Shown: positions 24,345-36,177 of the stretch, piece after piece
Numbering within the stretch: the stretch's first letter is position 1
Layout: every line of letters begins with the position of its first letter
Source: Selaginella moellendorffii
Lineage: Eukaryota > Plantae > Lycopodiophyta
Length of the DNA: 64,000 nt
Reading direction: 5' to 3'
Assembly (NCBI RefSeq): GCF_000143415.4
Contig: NW_003314281.1
Coordinates: forward strand, 1,837,882-1,901,881
Notes under the pieces: model-generated
Seen by the model: the letters and a program-made list of their open reading frames with translations, nothing else
What the model was told of the DNA's origin: nothing
Database searches by the model: none
Made by a program: the position numbers and the translations under genes

Positions 24345-27115
24345 ATGTCGAGGAATGCGGCGCTCTTCGACACCGTGTTCTCGACCAGGCGCTCCAGTGC
24401 TTTGATTGTTTCGCATCCAGCAGCGGCGGAGGTGTCGCTGGCGTCGGCTTGTTTGCCTTCTTCTACGCTCCACTACAATGCCAGGCACCTGAGAATCGTG
24501 AGTATTTCTATCCAGTGAAACATTTCTTAGAAGCGTTTTGGCTTTCAGATCGCTGTGAATGGACGGTGCTGGAACGATCCCCGGTGCTCGAGCAGACGAT
24601 CGTCATCTAGAAAGTTCGTGGCTTGCCGCGCATTTGAGACGTCCGAGGCCGATACAACTAGTGACAGAGCAAAGGAGGAGTCTTTAGCCGGGGGAAATGG
24701 AGCGGCAGCTCCAGCGGGACAAGAGGATTACCCTTCCGGCGAGCTCGAGTTTCATGCAGCCAATGGTTGGCAAGTTTTCTTGATAAAGCTCAAGATGCTG
24801 ATCGCGTGGCCATGGCAGAGGGTCAAGAAAGGAAGCATTTTAAAGATGAAGATCTCGGGCGAGGTACGTACTTTTTCGAATGGTGATGGTATTTAGTTCT
24901 TTCATCTGTCTATCTAGATCACAGAGCAGCTACAAGATAAGTTCCAACCAGGCATGTCGCTTCCACAAATCTGTCAAAATCTGATCAAGGCTGCTCATGA
25001 TCCTCGCATAGCAGCAGTGATCGTTCAGGTGGAGCCTCTTTCATGTGGATGGCCCAAAGTTGATGAGATTTGTCGACATATTGAGTACTACAAGCAATCT
25101 GGTGATGTGCTTATTCCTTGTTTCTCAATTTCTCATCTTTTTTATACCAGGCAAACCACTTGTTGGTTACTTAGCAGTAGGTGGGGAAAAGGAATACTAC
25201 CTTGCGTGTTCTTGTGGGGACGTGTTTGCACCACCTGGAGCATACATTTCTTTGCTTGGCTTAAAAGTCCAAGCGCAATTTGTTGGTGGTGAGTAGCTAG
25301 TGTTTCTTTCACTTTATGAAAAGAGATAACATTGCTCGCATTTTCAGGTGTGCTTGAGAAAATCGGGGTACAGCCACAAATTGAACGTATTGGAAAGTAC
25401 AAAAGCGTTGGAGATTTACTCTCTCGTAAAGATATGTCCGATGCAAATCGAGAAATGCTTACAGCTATTCTTGATGATGTGTACGAGAACTGGCTCGACC
25501 GTATCGCATCTGTAAGAGGTACAGTCTACTTTCTAGAGTTTAAGTAGTCAATATCTTCGCAGGTAAAACAACGGCTGAGGTGGAGAACTTGCTTGAGGAG
25601 GGCATATTTGAGATAGAAAAGCTACATCAGCAAGGGTGGATCAGCGACGTGAAATACGAAGACCAGGTAGTTCTTTAGCGTTTTTCAAATGCCCTCAAAA
25701 TTTGCTGATTGATGTTAGATTGAGGAGATGCTCAAGGCAAAGCTTCAAATAAAGGATGACAAAAGTCCCAAGTACGTCGACTACAGGTGAGCCGTTCGTC
25801 AATCTTCCTTTCAACTTTCCTTTGAACGGTTGAACATATTTTTTTTCTTTTGTAGGAAATATTCAAGAGTGCGAGAGTGGACCTTAGGCTTGTCAGGAGG
25901 CAAGGCCGATATTGCAGTCCTACGAGCTGTCGGTAATATCTCCCGGCAAAAGCAAATGGGCTTCACTGGAAGTGGCATTTCTAGCGACACATTCATTGAG
26001 CAGATTCGGCAAGTACGAGGTCTTTTTCTTGTTTAGACAGACGTTTTCCATTTTTTTCTTGACTTCAACTTATGCAGAGGCCAAGAACTTTAAAGCCGTT
26101 GTTCTCAGAATTGATAGTCCTGGAGGTGATGCACTTGCATCGGACCTGTAAGTTTTAATGTTTATGATAGCAATGGTGCTGATTTTGTGTTTTTTGAGAA
26201 AGCGAAGCATGTGGAGGGAGTTGAGGCTGTTGGCAGCGAAAAAACCAGTGATTGCTTCTATGGTGGACGTAGCAGCAAGCGGAGGCTACTATATGGCTAT
26301 GGCAGCTGGGGTAATAGTTGCTGAACGCCTTACACTTACTGGCTCAATTGGGGTCGTTACTGGTACACTAATTTACTTCCTCAGGAACGTGGTTAAAGTG
26401 TTTGTACAGGAAAACTTAATCTCGGTAAGCTTTACGAGAGAGTAGGCTTTACCAAAGAGGTTATTTCAAGAGGAAAATTCGCGGAGCTGGACGCTGAACA
26501 AAGACCATTCAGGTTTGCGTTCCAATTTTTCCCTTCATGCCGTGACATCCGGCCTCTTTTAGACCCGAAGAAGCGGAGTTTTTTGGAAAATCTGCAAAGA
26601 CAGCGTACAAACGTTTCAGAGACACTGCAGCACTCTCCAGATCGATGCAAGTAAGCCACACTTCTGCCTTTAGTAGATGTGAGTCCTAAACGCATTTTCC
26701 AGATTGAAAAAATGGAAGAGGTAGCACAAGGGCGTGTATGGACCGGGAAAGCCGCAGCAGCACGCGGGCTAGTGGACACTCTTGGTGGTTTTTCCAAGGC
26801 TGTTGCAATTGCCAAACAGAAGGCGGGAATCTCGTTAGAGTCAAAGGTATTGCTAAAATCTCTTGTTGTCTTCACAAATTATGCTGCGTCCTTCAGGTTA
26901 AACTTGTGGAGCTCTCTCGCTCGAAACCAAACATCGTCTCCTTTCTCAGGGGAGGATTACAAGTTCTTGTCCTGCTCCCGAGACTACTGGACGAGCTGAA
27001 TGCCAACACGGGCTTGGCCTCCGAGATCCGAGCCACCATGGACAACATCTCCGTTGAGGGACAATCAAGTGAAGAGCGCACGTTTTTTGAACTTCTGGAG
27101 CTTTTACTGAGATAG
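24345..27115 (+). CDS. SPPA: Signal peptide peptidase SppA (protease IV, family S49), probably plastid-targeted; multi-exon
   Basis: [58 protein letters not shown]. Ser/Ala-rich N-terminal exon 24345..24497 splices in frame to 24549. Confidence 0.92.
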
Positions 27116-27359
27116 AAGCGAAGAAAGATCATCAGAGAAAATGTACGTTTACATCTTCAATACGTTTACGCTTGATCTTTCTTCTTCTAGATTGGACTCA
27201 CTACTGGTTCTCTTTTTTCTCGTATAGGATGGTTCATATATTCGCTTGACGTCAGCAACGGTTACCGACTATAACTGTTCTTCACACGGTTGTGAACATC
27301 CCCTGTTTTTGCGGACGGCTTTTACTCTTTTCGCAAGGAAACAGAAAAACGAAAGAGTT

Positions 27360-29540
27360 ATGGCTCGCATCTACGTCAAGCCTCAAGTGAGAAGTAGCAG
27401 GTCTCATGGCCGGCCTCGAGCTCTCGACTACACCGTGATAGAGCAAATAGCCAACGGGATCGAAAAGATGGTTGTCCAATGGAACCACGCAAAGGAGTCG
27501 AGGATCATCAGGCCTTACACCGGCAGCAGGAGTAATACGGCCACTTCGTCCAAGAGTTCTGCAAGGCCAACTTGGAAGCATTTGGATCAAGCAGTTTCTT
27601 CGCCTCAGGTTGTGGAACGTACTAGCACTGCACCAGCAGCCATTGATGGTAGTGGCAATAGTAACGCAGGTAGAGCGGAGATGGGTAGTTTTACAGGGTC
27701 GGCTGGGCTACTCAACGAGATGGTCATTCCCAACTTCGGAGGGATTACCCGAGCTGAGATGGTGACCAAGAGCCAGGAACCCGATGGCGTTGTGAATTCC
27801 TCCTGGTACTTGAAGAGTAACCATGTCAACAGCAGTGTTGACGGGGACCTTCAGTGTGCGTCGTCTAGAACCGATCGGGACAACGCTCAGACTAGTGAGG
27901 ACGGCAGCAGCGCTATTGGAATAACTCCCAGGCTTGAGTGTGCTGTGGAGCGAATCCAGGAGTTGACCAGCACTTGTACTTCATATTCTCAAGAACTTCC
28001 GAAGAAAAAGGCTACTTTGGTTTCAATTGACGAGCCAGTGATGACAGGGGCTTCAAAAGAACCGGCTCAACAATACGCTGACCAGATGCTGCACTACGAG
28101 CTGGAAAATGACGTCGGAAAAGATGCTGTAGAAGTCCGTCATGGAAGTTTATCGGAGAGAACCGAGTCTGCTTGTAAGGAATCGTACAGTGGCGATGACA
28201 GGAGTGCTCCTCAAGTACTGAATAATCAAGTGGACGATTGGACCGAAACAACTACAATCGTCGGTGAGAAGGCTTAGATCGGTGCTTTCTAAGTTAACTC
28301 TTGAAACATTTAATCCAGGTGACCAGAACATTCGGGAGCTTATTTCCTACACCAAGAAGAAAGAAGTCACGAAGGTTTGCCGCTTTAACATGCTTGCTTT
28401 CTTTCTCACTCGCATTACAGGAAAAGCAGGAACTTTTAGACGACTACAAGGTTAAAATTGAAGAGCTGCAGATTGCTCTACTGGAGTGCTCTACGGAGTA
28501 TGAAGTCAAGGCAAGTTTTGTTTGTATGCCAACATTTCTTCTATTTGGTCTTCTAAATTCTTCTTTTTGCTTATTGCAGATAGTTGAAATGAAAATGATG
28601 ATGCTAAACATGAAATCTCAGTATCGGCAGCAGATGACGACTACCGGAAACGGTCATATCAATGTGAAACTTCTACAGCCGCCAACGACGAAAGAGTTTT
28701 CCTTGGTTACAAACAACCAAGCGAAACAAAACGTTGATTTTCTGAAGAAGCAAATGCAAAAGCTCAAGCAGGATAAAGAAAATTTGAGCAGGGAGCTCTT
28801 TTCTATGAAAAAGAAGCAGAGGTACGTGCGTCATCATCCCAAGCCCGCTTTTCGAACTAAATTTCTTGCCAGGCAATCTGAGAAGCAGAAGAAAAGCCTT
28901 GACGACGCGTTGAACAAAGTCTCTTGCTTAAGAAGGTCAGCACCAGGAACTAAAACGGTATAAAGTTCCAAATACCGGGGCTGAACTACTGGGCTTAGTT
29001 TAATGATTTCAGAGAACTGGCAAGACGAGACGAGGAGATATTGGATTCTCATCTAAGAGAGAAAGAACAGAGAGGTCAGCTGCACGAACTTCACCATGCG
29101 CTACAAAACGCGAGAGCGGCTCAGGCAGAGCCTGGAAAGCTGCTGGCGCTGCTTCCGGTGCTCAGAAACTGGCTAAAATCTGTTAAAAAGGTATTTGTCA
29201 AGCAAACTTTTTTTCATTGACCAAGCAAAGTTCTTTTCATTTGTTCTTCAGGGTCAATATTACTACGAGCCGAATCTAATACACAGCTTAGAACCTTTCG
29301 TCCAGTCCCAGGCATTTACGAGAAAAACGCCAGCAAAGGTAAGTCTATCCTTTTCGTCGTCGATGTTTGCTATACTAACTAGTGAAGCTTCCGACACAGA
29401 CTCCGCTGGCGATAACAGCAGACTATGCTAAAGAGAATCGCCAGGGACCTCGAGTTGACAAGATTGTCGGGTCAGTGACGAAAGAAATCCAAGCATTGCA
29501 AAAGGCACTCGAGAAGCTTGCATGCGGGAGATATCAGTAA
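27360..29540 (+). CDS. Uncharacterised multi-exon protein with a disordered N-terminal half and coiled-coil C-terminal half
   Basis: Long first exon 27360..28263, then short exons (EKQELLDDYKVKIEELQ, VDFLKKQMQKLKQDKENL, ELARRDEE, KEIQALQKALEKL) joined by short introns. One has a GC donor (AG|GCAAGT, 28511..28579). Stop TAA at 29538..29540. Confidence 0.65.
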
Positions 29541-29582
29541 AGGTCAATGAATTTCCTCTCATAGAATTGTTGCGGGAGTCTC

Positions 29583-31820
29583 ATGTTTCTTACTTCCAGG
29601 CGATTGAAATGGCAGCAGAGGCTGAGAAGACGGAAAAGATGCTATTCCAACCACGCAGCAAAGGAAGAAGTAACCCAACCAAGTCTGGAGGTTCTTTCGT
29701 CCTTGCTCCTGCAGTGCCTGGACGTGGATGTCGCTCGCCACGTTCACTCCCACATCTCCAAGCACGGGCTGGAAGCGTCGCTAGCGAACCAGCTCGTGGC
29801 GACGTACGTGAGGCTTGGATGTTTCAGCGAAGCTCACCAAGTACTCAACAGGAACTCTTGCTCGGGGCTGGGGACATGGAGTGGGATCATCACGGGGTAT
29901 GTCCAGAATGGGCAGCGGGCAGCGGCATTTTTTCTCTTCCGGAAAATGCAGCAGGACGGCATCGCTCCCAACAAGTTCCTGCTGGTGAGAGTCTTGAGCA
30001 GTGGTTGCTCGAGCCTCGCACAGGGAAAGCTGGCTCACGCGTGTTTATCAGAGGCAACGAGTGGCTCCGACCGTGTTGCTGGAAACGCAGCGATCAACAT
30101 GTATGGGAAGTTTGGGTGCGTGGAATCGGCAAAGGTAGTGTTTGACAGAGTTTTGGAGCGGGATATCATCACCTGGACGTTGATGGTCTCTGCGTATGCC
30201 CAAAACGGGCATACCCGACAGGCATTTCAAGTCTTTGGGAAGATGCTGGTGGAGGGGGTGGTGCCAAACAAGGTGACTTTTCTGGCTATACTCAACGCTT
30301 GCTCGAGCTCGTCAGAGGCTGCTTTTGTTCATCGGTTGCTCTTTGAGAGCGGGTTCCAGTTCACCGCCAAGGTAGAGTCCTCTCTCGTGGACGCGTATGG
30401 CAAATGCAAGAACGTCAGTGCTGCAAGGGCAGTGTTTAGCTCCATGACGGACAAGACCAACGTGGTGACTTGGAACGCTTTCATCAGAGCTTTGGCCAGC
30501 AGCAGAGATGCGAGTGGAGCTCTTCAAACGTTTCGAAGCTTGCTGCTCCAAGGCTTGGTTCCCGACACGGTTACGTTCATCAATGCCAGCCAGGGAGCGA
30601 AAACTCCTCCGGAAGCAAAGTACCTCGAAGCTTGCCGCCAGGAGAGTGGGGTTCAACTGGACGTAGCTCTCGGCAACACTCTCATCAACATGTTTGGCGG
30701 CAGCAGCCAGCCTTGCGAAGCTCGGAGAGTTTTCGATGCGACTCACAACAAGAACATCGTCTCCTGGAACGCGATGCTGTCGGCTTACTCTCAGAACGGA
30801 CACTTCGAGGAGACGATCGCACTCTTCAAACAGATGGCCTCGACCAAGACGGTGAAGCCCGATAAGCTTACGTTCGCGTCGGTTCTAAGCTCGTGTGCGA
30901 ACCTCGAGAACCTCCGGGAAGGAAAGCTAGCGCACGCAGCAGCAGTGGAAGCTGGCCTGGAGTTCGCAGTGCCCGTAGCTGCGACGCTCATCCAGATGTA
31001 CTCCAAGTGCCACTGCCTCGAAGAAGCCAGGGACATTTTCAGCCGGAGTCCATCCTCGGACGTGGTAGCGTGGACTGTGATGATCTCGGCCTATGCTCAG
31101 AACGGTCGACCCCAGGAAGCCATCGCTCTCTTCTTCCGCATGACAGTGCCTCCAGATGGCGTGGCCTTCGCCACCGTCCTGGGAGCCTGTGCGAGTTCCG
31201 AGAACTTGGAGGCCGGAAGAGTGGTCCGAGCACAGATCGTGGAGCTCGGGCTGGACGCTGAGAGGGCGGTGGCCAACGCGGTGCTGGACCTCTACGGCAA
31301 GTGTGCCGAGATCGTCGAGACAGCGGAGATCTTCGGCAGGATGAGGCAGCGAGACAGAGTTTCGTGGAACACTATGGTGGCGGCGTATGCCCGAGCCGGG
31401 CATACCGCCGGGAGCCTGTGGTGCTTCCGGGCGATGCAGCTGGAGGGCGTTTGTCCGAGCGAGGTGAGCTTGGTGAGCGCGCTCTCGACATACAGCCACG
31501 CGGGTCTCGTCGAGCAGGGCTGCCAGTGCTTCGCCTCCATCGCGAGCGACTATGGGATGGTTCCATCGCGCGAGCAGCAGGGGTGTGTGGTGGATCTCCT
31601 GGGCCGAGCGGGGTCGTGGATTGCGGAGGATTTGATCCGGGTGGTGGCTCCATCCACGTCGAGGTCCGAGCTGTGGAAGGCGGTGTTGAGCGCTTGCAGG
31701 ATCCACTCGGACGTGGAGCTGGGCGAGTGCGCGGCTGCTTGTGTTCTGGAGATGGATCCTGGCAGTGACTCCGCTCATATCATCTTGTCCAACATCTATG
31801 CTATGGATCATCCAACTTAG
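29583..31820 (+). CDS. Intronless PLS-class PPR protein with E domain (745 aa)
   Basis: Multiple PPR motifs (NAAINMYGKFG, DIITWTLMVSAYAQNGH, VSWNAMLSAYSQNGH). E-domain region CVVDLLGRAG...WKAVLSACRIHSDVELG...ILSNIYA. Confidence 0.92.
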   Translation: MFLTSRRLKWQQRLRRRKRCYSNHAAKEEVTQPSLEVLSSLLLQCLDVDVARHVHSHISKHGLEASLANQLVATYVRLGCFSEAHQVLNRNSCSGLGTWSGIITGYVQNGQRAAAFFLFRKMQQDGIAPNKFLLVRVLSSGCSSLAQGKLAHACLSEATSGSDRVAGNAAINMYGKFGCVESAKVVFDRVLERDIITWTLMVSAYAQNGHTRQAFQVFGKMLVEGVVPNKVTFLAILNACSSSSEAAFVHRLLFESGFQFTAKVESSLVDAYGKCKNVSAARAVFSSMTDKTNVVTWNAFIRALASSRDASGALQTFRSLLLQGLVPDTVTFINASQGAKTPPEAKYLEACRQESGVQLDVALGNTLINMFGGSSQPCEARRVFDATHNKNIVSWNAMLSAYSQNGHFEETIALFKQMASTKTVKPDKLTFASVLSSCANLENLREGKLAHAAAVEAGLEFAVPVAATLIQMYSKCHCLEEARDIFSRSPSSDVVAWTVMISAYAQNGRPQEAIALFFRMTVPPDGVAFATVLGACASSENLEAGRVVRAQIVELGLDAERAVANAVLDLYGKCAEIVETAEIFGRMRQRDRVSWNTMVAAYARAGHTAGSLWCFRAMQLEGVCPSEVSLVSALSTYSHAGLVEQGCQCFASIASDYGMVPSREQQGCVVDLLGRAGSWIAEDLIRVVAPSTSRSELWKAVLSACRIHSDVELGECAAACVLEMDPGSDSAHIILSNIYAMDHPT

Positions 31821-32316
31821 ATGGAGTTTCTTGAGTGTGATCCTCGAAAACCATGCAGAGAAGCTTCTCTTGAGGACTTTTCTATAGCTTGTTGACATTG
31901 TGACAAGGATATAGTCTGAAAGGATTCTAAGCTTGCGAAGAAACCATGCGGTGGCAAAGAAGGACATGATCTTGGTTCCTGCGACGACTTCCTTGGTATG
32001 ATTTCGCAATGTCGGGCGGTATCGAAGGTTTAGCCGAGAATCCCGAGCGGTTTCTTTTCTGGTGATGCATCCTCGGAAGACTTCGGCGAGTGGATAAGCA
32101 CGGAAAATTGTACAAAAGTCTGGACAGAATGGTGGCGTGCCAGCGACTTGAAAATGGTCGCGTTTTTTTTGACAAGTCATGTGGCGAGTTTGGTGGGAAG
32201 ACCAGCGTGATTAAAGTCTTTGTCGGAAGCTCCGGATCATCTCATCACTCGGTGATATAAAATCGCAAGCTTTTCTCGAGATCGATCGCCGATTTAGAGG
32301 TTTGCTTTGCTCTACG

Positions 32317-32577
32317 ATGAGGCGATTTGGAGTGATGTTCCTGGTGCTCTTGGCGCTGGCGGCGGTGGCCACGGAGGTGGAGGCGCAGCAGCAGTGCTTC
32401 CGCGAGAGCGCATGCCTGCCGGGAGGATTGGACTGTGATACCTACTGCAAGTCTTGCCATTTCTTCCAAGAGGGCCAGCGATGCGTCAAGTGCAAGGGCG
32501 GGAGCTGCGATATCTTCTTAAGATGCATCTGTGATGCACCATGCAGCTTCTCAAACTGCCCAATGCTCTCAGGCTAG
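32317..32577 (+). CDS. Secreted 12-cysteine defensin-like peptide, copy A (86 aa)
   Basis: Signal peptide MRRFGVMFLVLLALAAVATEVEA. Mature spacing C-x5-C-x6-C-x3-C-x2-C-x8-C-x2-C-x4-C-x5-C-x-C-x3-C-x4-C, containing Cx3C, GxC and CxC. TATA-like atataaa about 60 bp upstream. Confidence 0.85.
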   Translation: MRRFGVMFLVLLALAAVATEVEAQQQCFRESACLPGGLDCDTYCKSCHFFQEGQRCVKCKGGSCDIFLRCICDAPCSFSNCPMLSG

Positions 32578-32639
32578 AAAACAGCCTGACTCTGTTGCTT
32601 GCTTCTCGCAAGGTGATGAAATAAAAGTGTCAGCTTATG

Positions 32640-34200
32640 TTAAGGACAAAAGTAGTCGTTAAGCCTCTTTGCTTTCACAGACGGCACAGTGGAAATCCTG
32701 TTGGCAATCAAGCGGAAGGATGTGAAATCCAGTTTACTTATCCGGGTAAGCTTCTCAAGTAGAGAAAGGAGCTGGCTGATTTTGGTTTTGCTGCCAGTGG
32801 TTTGAAGAATGTTTCACGCCAGAATGCAAGCAGTGGAGCTTTCAGGGGGTCTTGCTTGGTCATGGTAGGCTAGCTAGAGATTCATTTCTGCTTTATTCAC
32901 GGGTGCTTTGGAGATGATTTCATTACCAATGGAGTCTTGCTATCCCTTATCATAAGATGCTGCTCTGAGCTTGACAACAAGTCGTTTCCTACTCAGTTTC
33001 GCTCAGTTTCGCTCAGTTTCGCTCTTTGCTTTGATTCACGCTCCAAGGGCGAAGTCCTGGAGCTGCTCATCGGGTTTGGCGAGCAGCTAGAACGTTTTGC
33101 GCATCTGGTAACTCCTTTTTTTCGCTCATTTTGTATGCAACACCCAACTATGGTGTTCACAGGGTTTATGGAAGGCCTATGCTGTTGGTAAGCTAACAAG
33201 CACCAGTTATGATTTATTCCGACTGTCACATCGCAGGCGAGAGCCGCCCTTCTCCCGAACTGCAGCTCGGAAACCTTGATCAGGTTGCGAACTATTGTTG
33301 GTCCATGCAGCACGACCGGTAGTAGTAACTCCATGTTCGATCTGATTCTTTTGTACAGTGTCTCTTGATGAAGTGCCAGAAGATTGCTCTGCACTTGTCT
33401 ATTGTGGAAGAGCTTGCCTTGGTGAGGCCGGATCATTCATTCGTGCTTTTCCGTAGACTCTCAGCGCTATCCGGCATGGGCTTGCAGGAGGTGTTTAAAA
33501 TGGCAGGGGCGTTCATGGCCACCTCGGCTGATCCGAGGGGCATTTGACATTATCGAGTTGGCATTAAATCGTGATCGCCTTGTTTCTACAAGTCAGTGCT
33601 ATGATTCTACGTTGAAGCTCGTAAAGGTGAGTTACATGTATTTGCAACTAAGTTAATCGTGCTTGTTAGTTGATATTCAGATCCACGAGTCGACGTTCGA
33701 GTTACTCAGGGACATAATGAATCTGCTGTTTGCTTTTGCCATCTATCCGGGCTCTGATGAAACCAGCCAACAGTTCCTCCAGGTTTGCTCTAATCGGGGA
33801 GTCGACCAGCAGTTACGGATGGTAAAGATGATCATGTGCAAGAAACGTTGAAATACTGAGCTCATATTTTGCGTGCTACAAGGTGGCGTGTACTGTATAC
33901 CTGTACCTGAGCCTCATGTTAAAGATGGTAAGACGAGAGCTTCTTTGTGATTTGTCCCTGCGAGACTCACTCAGGCGAAACGTTTTGGTGCGGAGGAGCT
34001 TAAATGCGTGGTTCAAAGAGCTAAACCCGCAATCTATGGAGGTCAAAGTTGATCGTGGTGCTTCTATAACGCGTAGAAGTGCGGTTCCCTACCTAGAGCA
34101 TGCTCTACTGGCGACGAAGGACCCCAAGTTTATTGTGGAAAACGGCCTTCCTTCCGAGCTCTAACGCATGTAAGAGACTGTACGGTAGATAAACTGCAAG
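32640..34200 (+). pseudogene. Remnant of uncharacterised multi-exon gene X, copy 1
   Basis: Exon-like blocks (GEVLELLIGFGEQLERFAHL, CQKIALHLSIVEELAL, LSGMGLQEVFKMAGA) recur at ~38.4-39.5 kb and ~47.3-48.9 kb. Indels break the frames. Confidence 0.5.
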
Positions 34201-34359
34201 TTTCTATAGAACCCTAAAGACGTATAAACTCCATGAGGGTCTAGGGCTTAGTGATCGTCCTAGTTGTTGAGCGCAGGGGTGAGGCCCGGATCTCGGCGTC
34301 GGCGCTGGCATTTTGGGATACTGCATTCTAGTAGCAGCGAACACTGTTGATTCGGGCAA

Positions 34360-35962
34360 ATGCAGACAGTCGGAGGCGATCCTGGCATGGCTACAAGAGG
34401 AGATCGGCTACAGATCCTTCCAAATTCTTGAGATCTTTCAAAGTTCTTACTTTTTTCTCTTTTTTCTCTCTTGGAAACCAGGCACAAACAAGTCCAGCTT
34501 GTGCAGATCATTGCCGAGTACCGGCGAAGATTAGCAAGGTATGTTGACCGTGCTTGAGAGGCACAAAGAAGGAAGCTTGCGGAGTCCAAGAAAGAGCAAG
34601 ACACCGTGTATGCAACGCCGATCAAAGGTGACGATCAGATCCTCATAGAGACTGCGCAGGAACATCGCCTGCAAGAACCCGAGCTTTGCAACCTCGACGG
34701 CCTGTGGCTCTCTCCTCCTCCGTACGAGGGAAACGAGAGCGTGATCTTCTCAGTAAGCTGTCGCGATAGCAGCTCGCATGCCTTTCTTATACTCCTGCTT
34801 GAGTCGATCACCAAAGTAACGGAGAGGATCGACATCCGAGCGGACGCAGAGAAGCTAAGGTTTGTGAGTGCTGCTGATCTGCATGAAGTATAGGAATCTA
34901 ACTTGGTGTTTGTACCACCAGGTACAAGTACGAGAACAACGAAATAGTGGATGATTTGTCCACTGAGCCAGAAGATTCACCACTTGGCAAGAAGCTTAGC
35001 GGTAAAGTTGGATTGGAGATGTCTAATAGGAGAACGAATTGGGAGATTCGCGAGAGACAGGGAATGCAAGGTTTTTGTCTTTCTTCTAGTCATGAAAGTG
35101 TCTTTTGCGTTGCAGAAAGCTCATGTTCAGCAGTTTATGGCAACGGAAGAAGCTTTGAACGAAGCTGCAGAGGCCAAAGCTGCAAGCGACAAGTTAATCA
35201 AGTCGCTCAGTGGTGGAACGGAGCTCGACTACGTCCAGAACGAGGGAGGGCTTCGCCAACTGGAGGTAACTCATCTTCTATTTCGTCCGTCGAGCTGAGC
35301 CGTGTGTTACTTAGTGCGAGGTGTGGGCCAAGGAGCGGCAGTTAGCTGGTGTCAAGGCAAGCGTAGCGACACTCACGTCGGAGGTTCAACGTTCGAAAAA
35401 GCTATGCGAAGAAAGAAAACAAGCGGAGGAATCCCTGAGGCGGAAAAGAATCGAGGAGTTCGACGCCCGCCGCAGGGAGCTGGAATCTGTTTACACGGCG
35501 TTGATCCGAGCTAATATGGTAAGCAGCAGCTTAGCATTTCATAGGCAAGTTTGGCAGTCTGGAAAAAATCTCACGAATAATTTGTAGGAAGCTGCTGCTG
35601 CGAGGGAGCAACATCCGGCCGCAGCATTCGAGTATTCTGCCAACACAATACTTCCTGTCTGTAATATGGTACAAGAGAAGACCGTGGGTGCTCAGGACCT
35701 CTTAGAAAGAGAAGCCACCATTTTTCAGAGAAGCCCGGACAACCGGCTGTATATGCTGCCTGTCACACCTCAGGTGTGTGAAATCTGCCGGATAGCTGCA
35801 GCATCACAATACTCGCAAGGTATGTAAATTTGTTTCATCCGTCAAACAAGTTTTCCTCTTTCTTTTTGTTTCGTATTGTAGGAGCTGAAGCACAAGATGC
35901 TGGCATGATAGCCATTGTGGAAGCGCTGAGGTTCTGTCTCAAGCCTTGCTCTTCTCCGGCCA
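34360..35962 (+). pseudogene. AUGMIN subunit 5 pseudogene with deletions and an internal inversion (~34675..34796)
   Basis: Matches the intact gene at 49030 onward. Large exon-1 deletion. [25 protein letters not shown] is present on the minus strand. Confidence 0.88.
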
Positions 35963-35988
35963 GCTTTGTCCGGTCTTTGTCCGGCCAG

Positions 35989-36129
35989 CCTTCGTGACTT
36001 CTTTCTTGGAAACAAGCTCCCGAATGTTCTCGTCACCTGGATTAAATGTTTCAAGAGTTAACTTAGAAAGCACGGATCCAAGCCTTCTCACCGACGATTG
36101 TAGTTGTTTCGGTCCACTCGTCCACTTGA
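35989..36129 (-). pseudogene. Inverted fragment of the coiled-coil gene (copy of ~28226..28375)
   Basis: The reverse complement matches 28226..28375; the ORF track shows the same KHLIQVTRTFGSLFP string on the minus strand. Confidence 0.85.
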
Positions 36130-36177
36130 CTCAGGCTGGCCACGAAGGGTTAAAGTGGTTGGGGTGGCCTGTTAAAG

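Noticed and set aside
30927-32180. 417-aa minus-strand ORF, and the similar 36403..37428
   Set aside because: Antisense shadow of the PPR coding sequence.
32317-32577. Snakin/GASA identity for the 12-Cys peptides
   Set aside because: They lack the GASA CC pair, CVP.G..GN and CPCY motifs, and the Cys spacing differs.
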